A stretch of 64,000 nt of DNA from Takakia lepidozioides (taxonomy: Eukaryota > Plantae > Bryophyta), in NCBI GenBank assembly GCA_030704615.1, contig CM060732.1, forward strand, positions 2,790,001-2,854,000. The letters run 5' to 3'. Both the position numbers and the translations under genes were made by a program. The notes under the pieces were generated by a model. That model was not told the origin of the DNA, searched no databases, and saw only the letters and a list, made by a program, of their open reading frames with translations. Of the stretch, positions 61,536 to 64,000 are shown piece by piece. Every line of letters starts with the position of its first letter. The stretch's first letter is position 1.

Positions 61536-62320
61536 TAGTGCCCTATCCACATGAATTATTTTGTGCTTAGAAAACTTTGTGGGTATGTTGTTCATTGGTT
61601 GACATTTTTTTTCCTTGTTTTGGAATTTTCTGAGTTGATTGCAGATACCCACATACACATCATGACCAAATATGAGACCATTGTAAATTGTTATACAATG
61701 TGAACCACTTCTTCCCTATCACATGAGTGAGAATGTGAAGAAAACGCTGCTCATGCAATTGAAATTGGTAGGTGCCGCACATGCGTATTAACAAAATTGG
61801 TGCATATACAAAATTGGCAGAGTGCTATCAGTGTGTTGCAGAAATTCAAGGTACAACAAAAATCCACATTGTCTATGTACTACGTTGCTAGTGATTGAAA
61901 TCCTAATCGTCACTGTCTTCACTTGATGGTGATGAAGGGGGCAAGGGATGTGATGTTGTGGCCTGATTTGCACTGCTAATACGGAGAGCATAGGACCGTC
62001 ATCTCATGGTCAATGAGGGACCTAATGGGATTTGATCAATGGTGGCCAGCATTCGCCTACTTTTCGGCGAAAGTTGACTTTCTTCCAGACTCTCATGATG
62101 TGGCAGAGGTCGATCTTCAGCAAGTGCTCGGGCTGCATGCAAATCGGCAACGATGTCATCCACATTCAGCAACAGAGCCCTCGAAACACGATGAAAACGG
62201 TCTATCCATAGTCGCTTCCATTCCTCTACAACTGCCTTGATGCTACCCTTGAAACTTTCCAACACCCTCTCGCGGGCCTGGTCCCTAATCATTGTGTCGT
62301 CTCGATTATAAGCCGCCTCG

Positions 62321-64000
62321 GGGGGCTGCTATTTCATGAGCGGCATGAGCATGAGTGGCATGAGCATGAGCGGAAAAAAAAAAAACATGAGCGGGCCGAA
62401 TTGTGTCCACGGAAATAGGGTTAGGAGGCACGGAAATAGGGTCATGTGGACTCGTCATAGCAATGAAATGCAACATTTTATTGCAAATTTTGTGGCAAGC
62501 CACGTCTATACAAATGTGTCCTAACTGTCATAGCAGGAATGTCTCCTACACCTTCCGAGGAACTTGGCCCTCCTTCTTCCTCATCCCCCTCATCCCCCCC
62601 ATCCTCCGAGCTCTGTGATGCATCGGTTGCAGTATGCCTCTCAAAAATGTCGTCCTCTCCTTGGGGGACTGTCCACCTCACCTCCTGGGAATCTTCTGCC
62701 TCTTCTCCCCCACTTTCCTCAGCAGAATCCAACACAAATCTACAAGCCCGACGGGCGCTAATAGCTGCTGCCTCCTCCATCATCTTCATTTTCTTGAGGC
62801 TTGCTCGTCTAAAATCTGCTGTACACGACTAGGTTCGGAACACCTCCTAATGGACACCGAAGCAAGCCGGGCAGTATAAGTAGGAAGGATGTACTCCCTT
62901 TCTGGACTAGGCATGAAATCCCCCCTGACAAAAAAAGGCACGTTCCTCCTGCCCATGAACTCCGGTGTAGACATCCTTCCTGCCGTACTTGACATCCTAC
63001 AGTAAGAACAAATCCACTTCAAGAATGTCAATACCAGCAGAAGCAGAAAGGGTTTTCAATGAAATAAGAGAGCGAAGGGAGGTGCCTCATGAAATCTGGA
63101 GGCAACTTACAATGCGACCACTCACTCGTACACCGGGGGCTCCTCGGCCTCGATCCCAACTTGTTCCTCCCCCTGCTCCTTCTCGGATTTTTCCTCATCC
63201 TCCGAGGATGCCTCTTCCTCTTTCGGCAGACGTTCAGCCGCTGCTAGTTCCGAGTTGTGGAGGGCAGTATCTGGCTTGAAGGCGAACACATGCCTATTAG
63301 ACAACGTCCCTGCCCACATTGAAGCACCTGAGGAACAAAGCGGGCGGTTAATAGCTTGCGGCATGCAATTGCAATCGGGCCAGGGGACAAACTGAGCACG
63401 TGAAGGCTTACCCGTGCCGCATGTGAGGTCCAGAATCCGCCCTTGGACATCCGAGCACGTCTCCATGAGGGTTTGGATGAAAGCAGGGCTCCGGGTCCGG
63501 CTGTACCGCCACGGTTTGCCTGTCTTTGTGTCCTTCAGCATACTGGAGTGGGGCACATAGTTGTAGAGGACATCGTAGGTAACAGGGTCCACAACGGCAT
63601 CAACAAGACGACCGTCGTTGCGGAATTTGAATGTAGACCCTCTCTTCACAAAGCAATATGCCTCAAACACCAATGTCTGCACATCCAACAAAAGAGGGAT
63701 CAACTCCGGGATCTTGTTTAGATACACCACAATATGAGGTGAATGCAATAGATTGATAACTTACACTTTGGCCCTCTGTTCGCAACCCCTGTGTATTGAT
63801 GCAGAACCATTTTCTGAGGAGGACCGGGGTGACACTTTTCGGTGTCCACCTTGCCACCGCATTCTCTGTGGTCTTCCCTCTTGTGGCAAGGACAACCACA
63901 AATCCACCGTCATCCAGAAGCATCCCCACCAGCCCAAACCCGGCTTTCCAGTACCTCAGTAAACCTGTTCCAGGTGGGCACACCATCCAGGCCCTCCAGC
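62321..64000 (-). mobile_element. Second copy of the TIR element (left end and MTase-like exons), truncated by the window
   Basis: Colinear and highly similar to 49502-51185. Retains ILDLTCGTG, the downstream HVFAF motif and splice sites. Confidence 0.9.

Overview
Eukaryotic nuclear DNA from a non-seed land plant, probably a bryophyte (inferred from PLS-type PPR motifs, spliceosomal introns and TE families). The only apparently intact host gene is exon 1 of a homocysteine S-methyltransferase at the left edge. From about 9.6 to 24.8 kb lies a mosaic of broken host-gene fragments: PLS-PPR tracts, a repeated intron-split OSB-type PDF motif module, five exons of ribonucleotide reductase R2, a lone COQ10 exon and a coiled-coil exon. 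The mosaic sits just downstream of a Helitron-type PIF1 helicase remnant. The centre holds a full-length 13.1-kb Ty3/Gypsy element (LTRs, ATGAG TSD, PBS, PPT) with a long extra ORF, nested in the integrase of a relative. The main discovery is an 8.6-kb TIR-bounded element (49502-58069; second copy from 62321 to the window end). It carries a spliced gene joining a ParB/Srx-like domain (VWDGNHR) to a prokaryote-type beta-class N4C/N6A DNA-methyltransferase-like domain, plus arrays of GGCGCC-centred palindromes. All family assignments come from motif recognition by eye. Some single-base frameshifts may be assembly errors.
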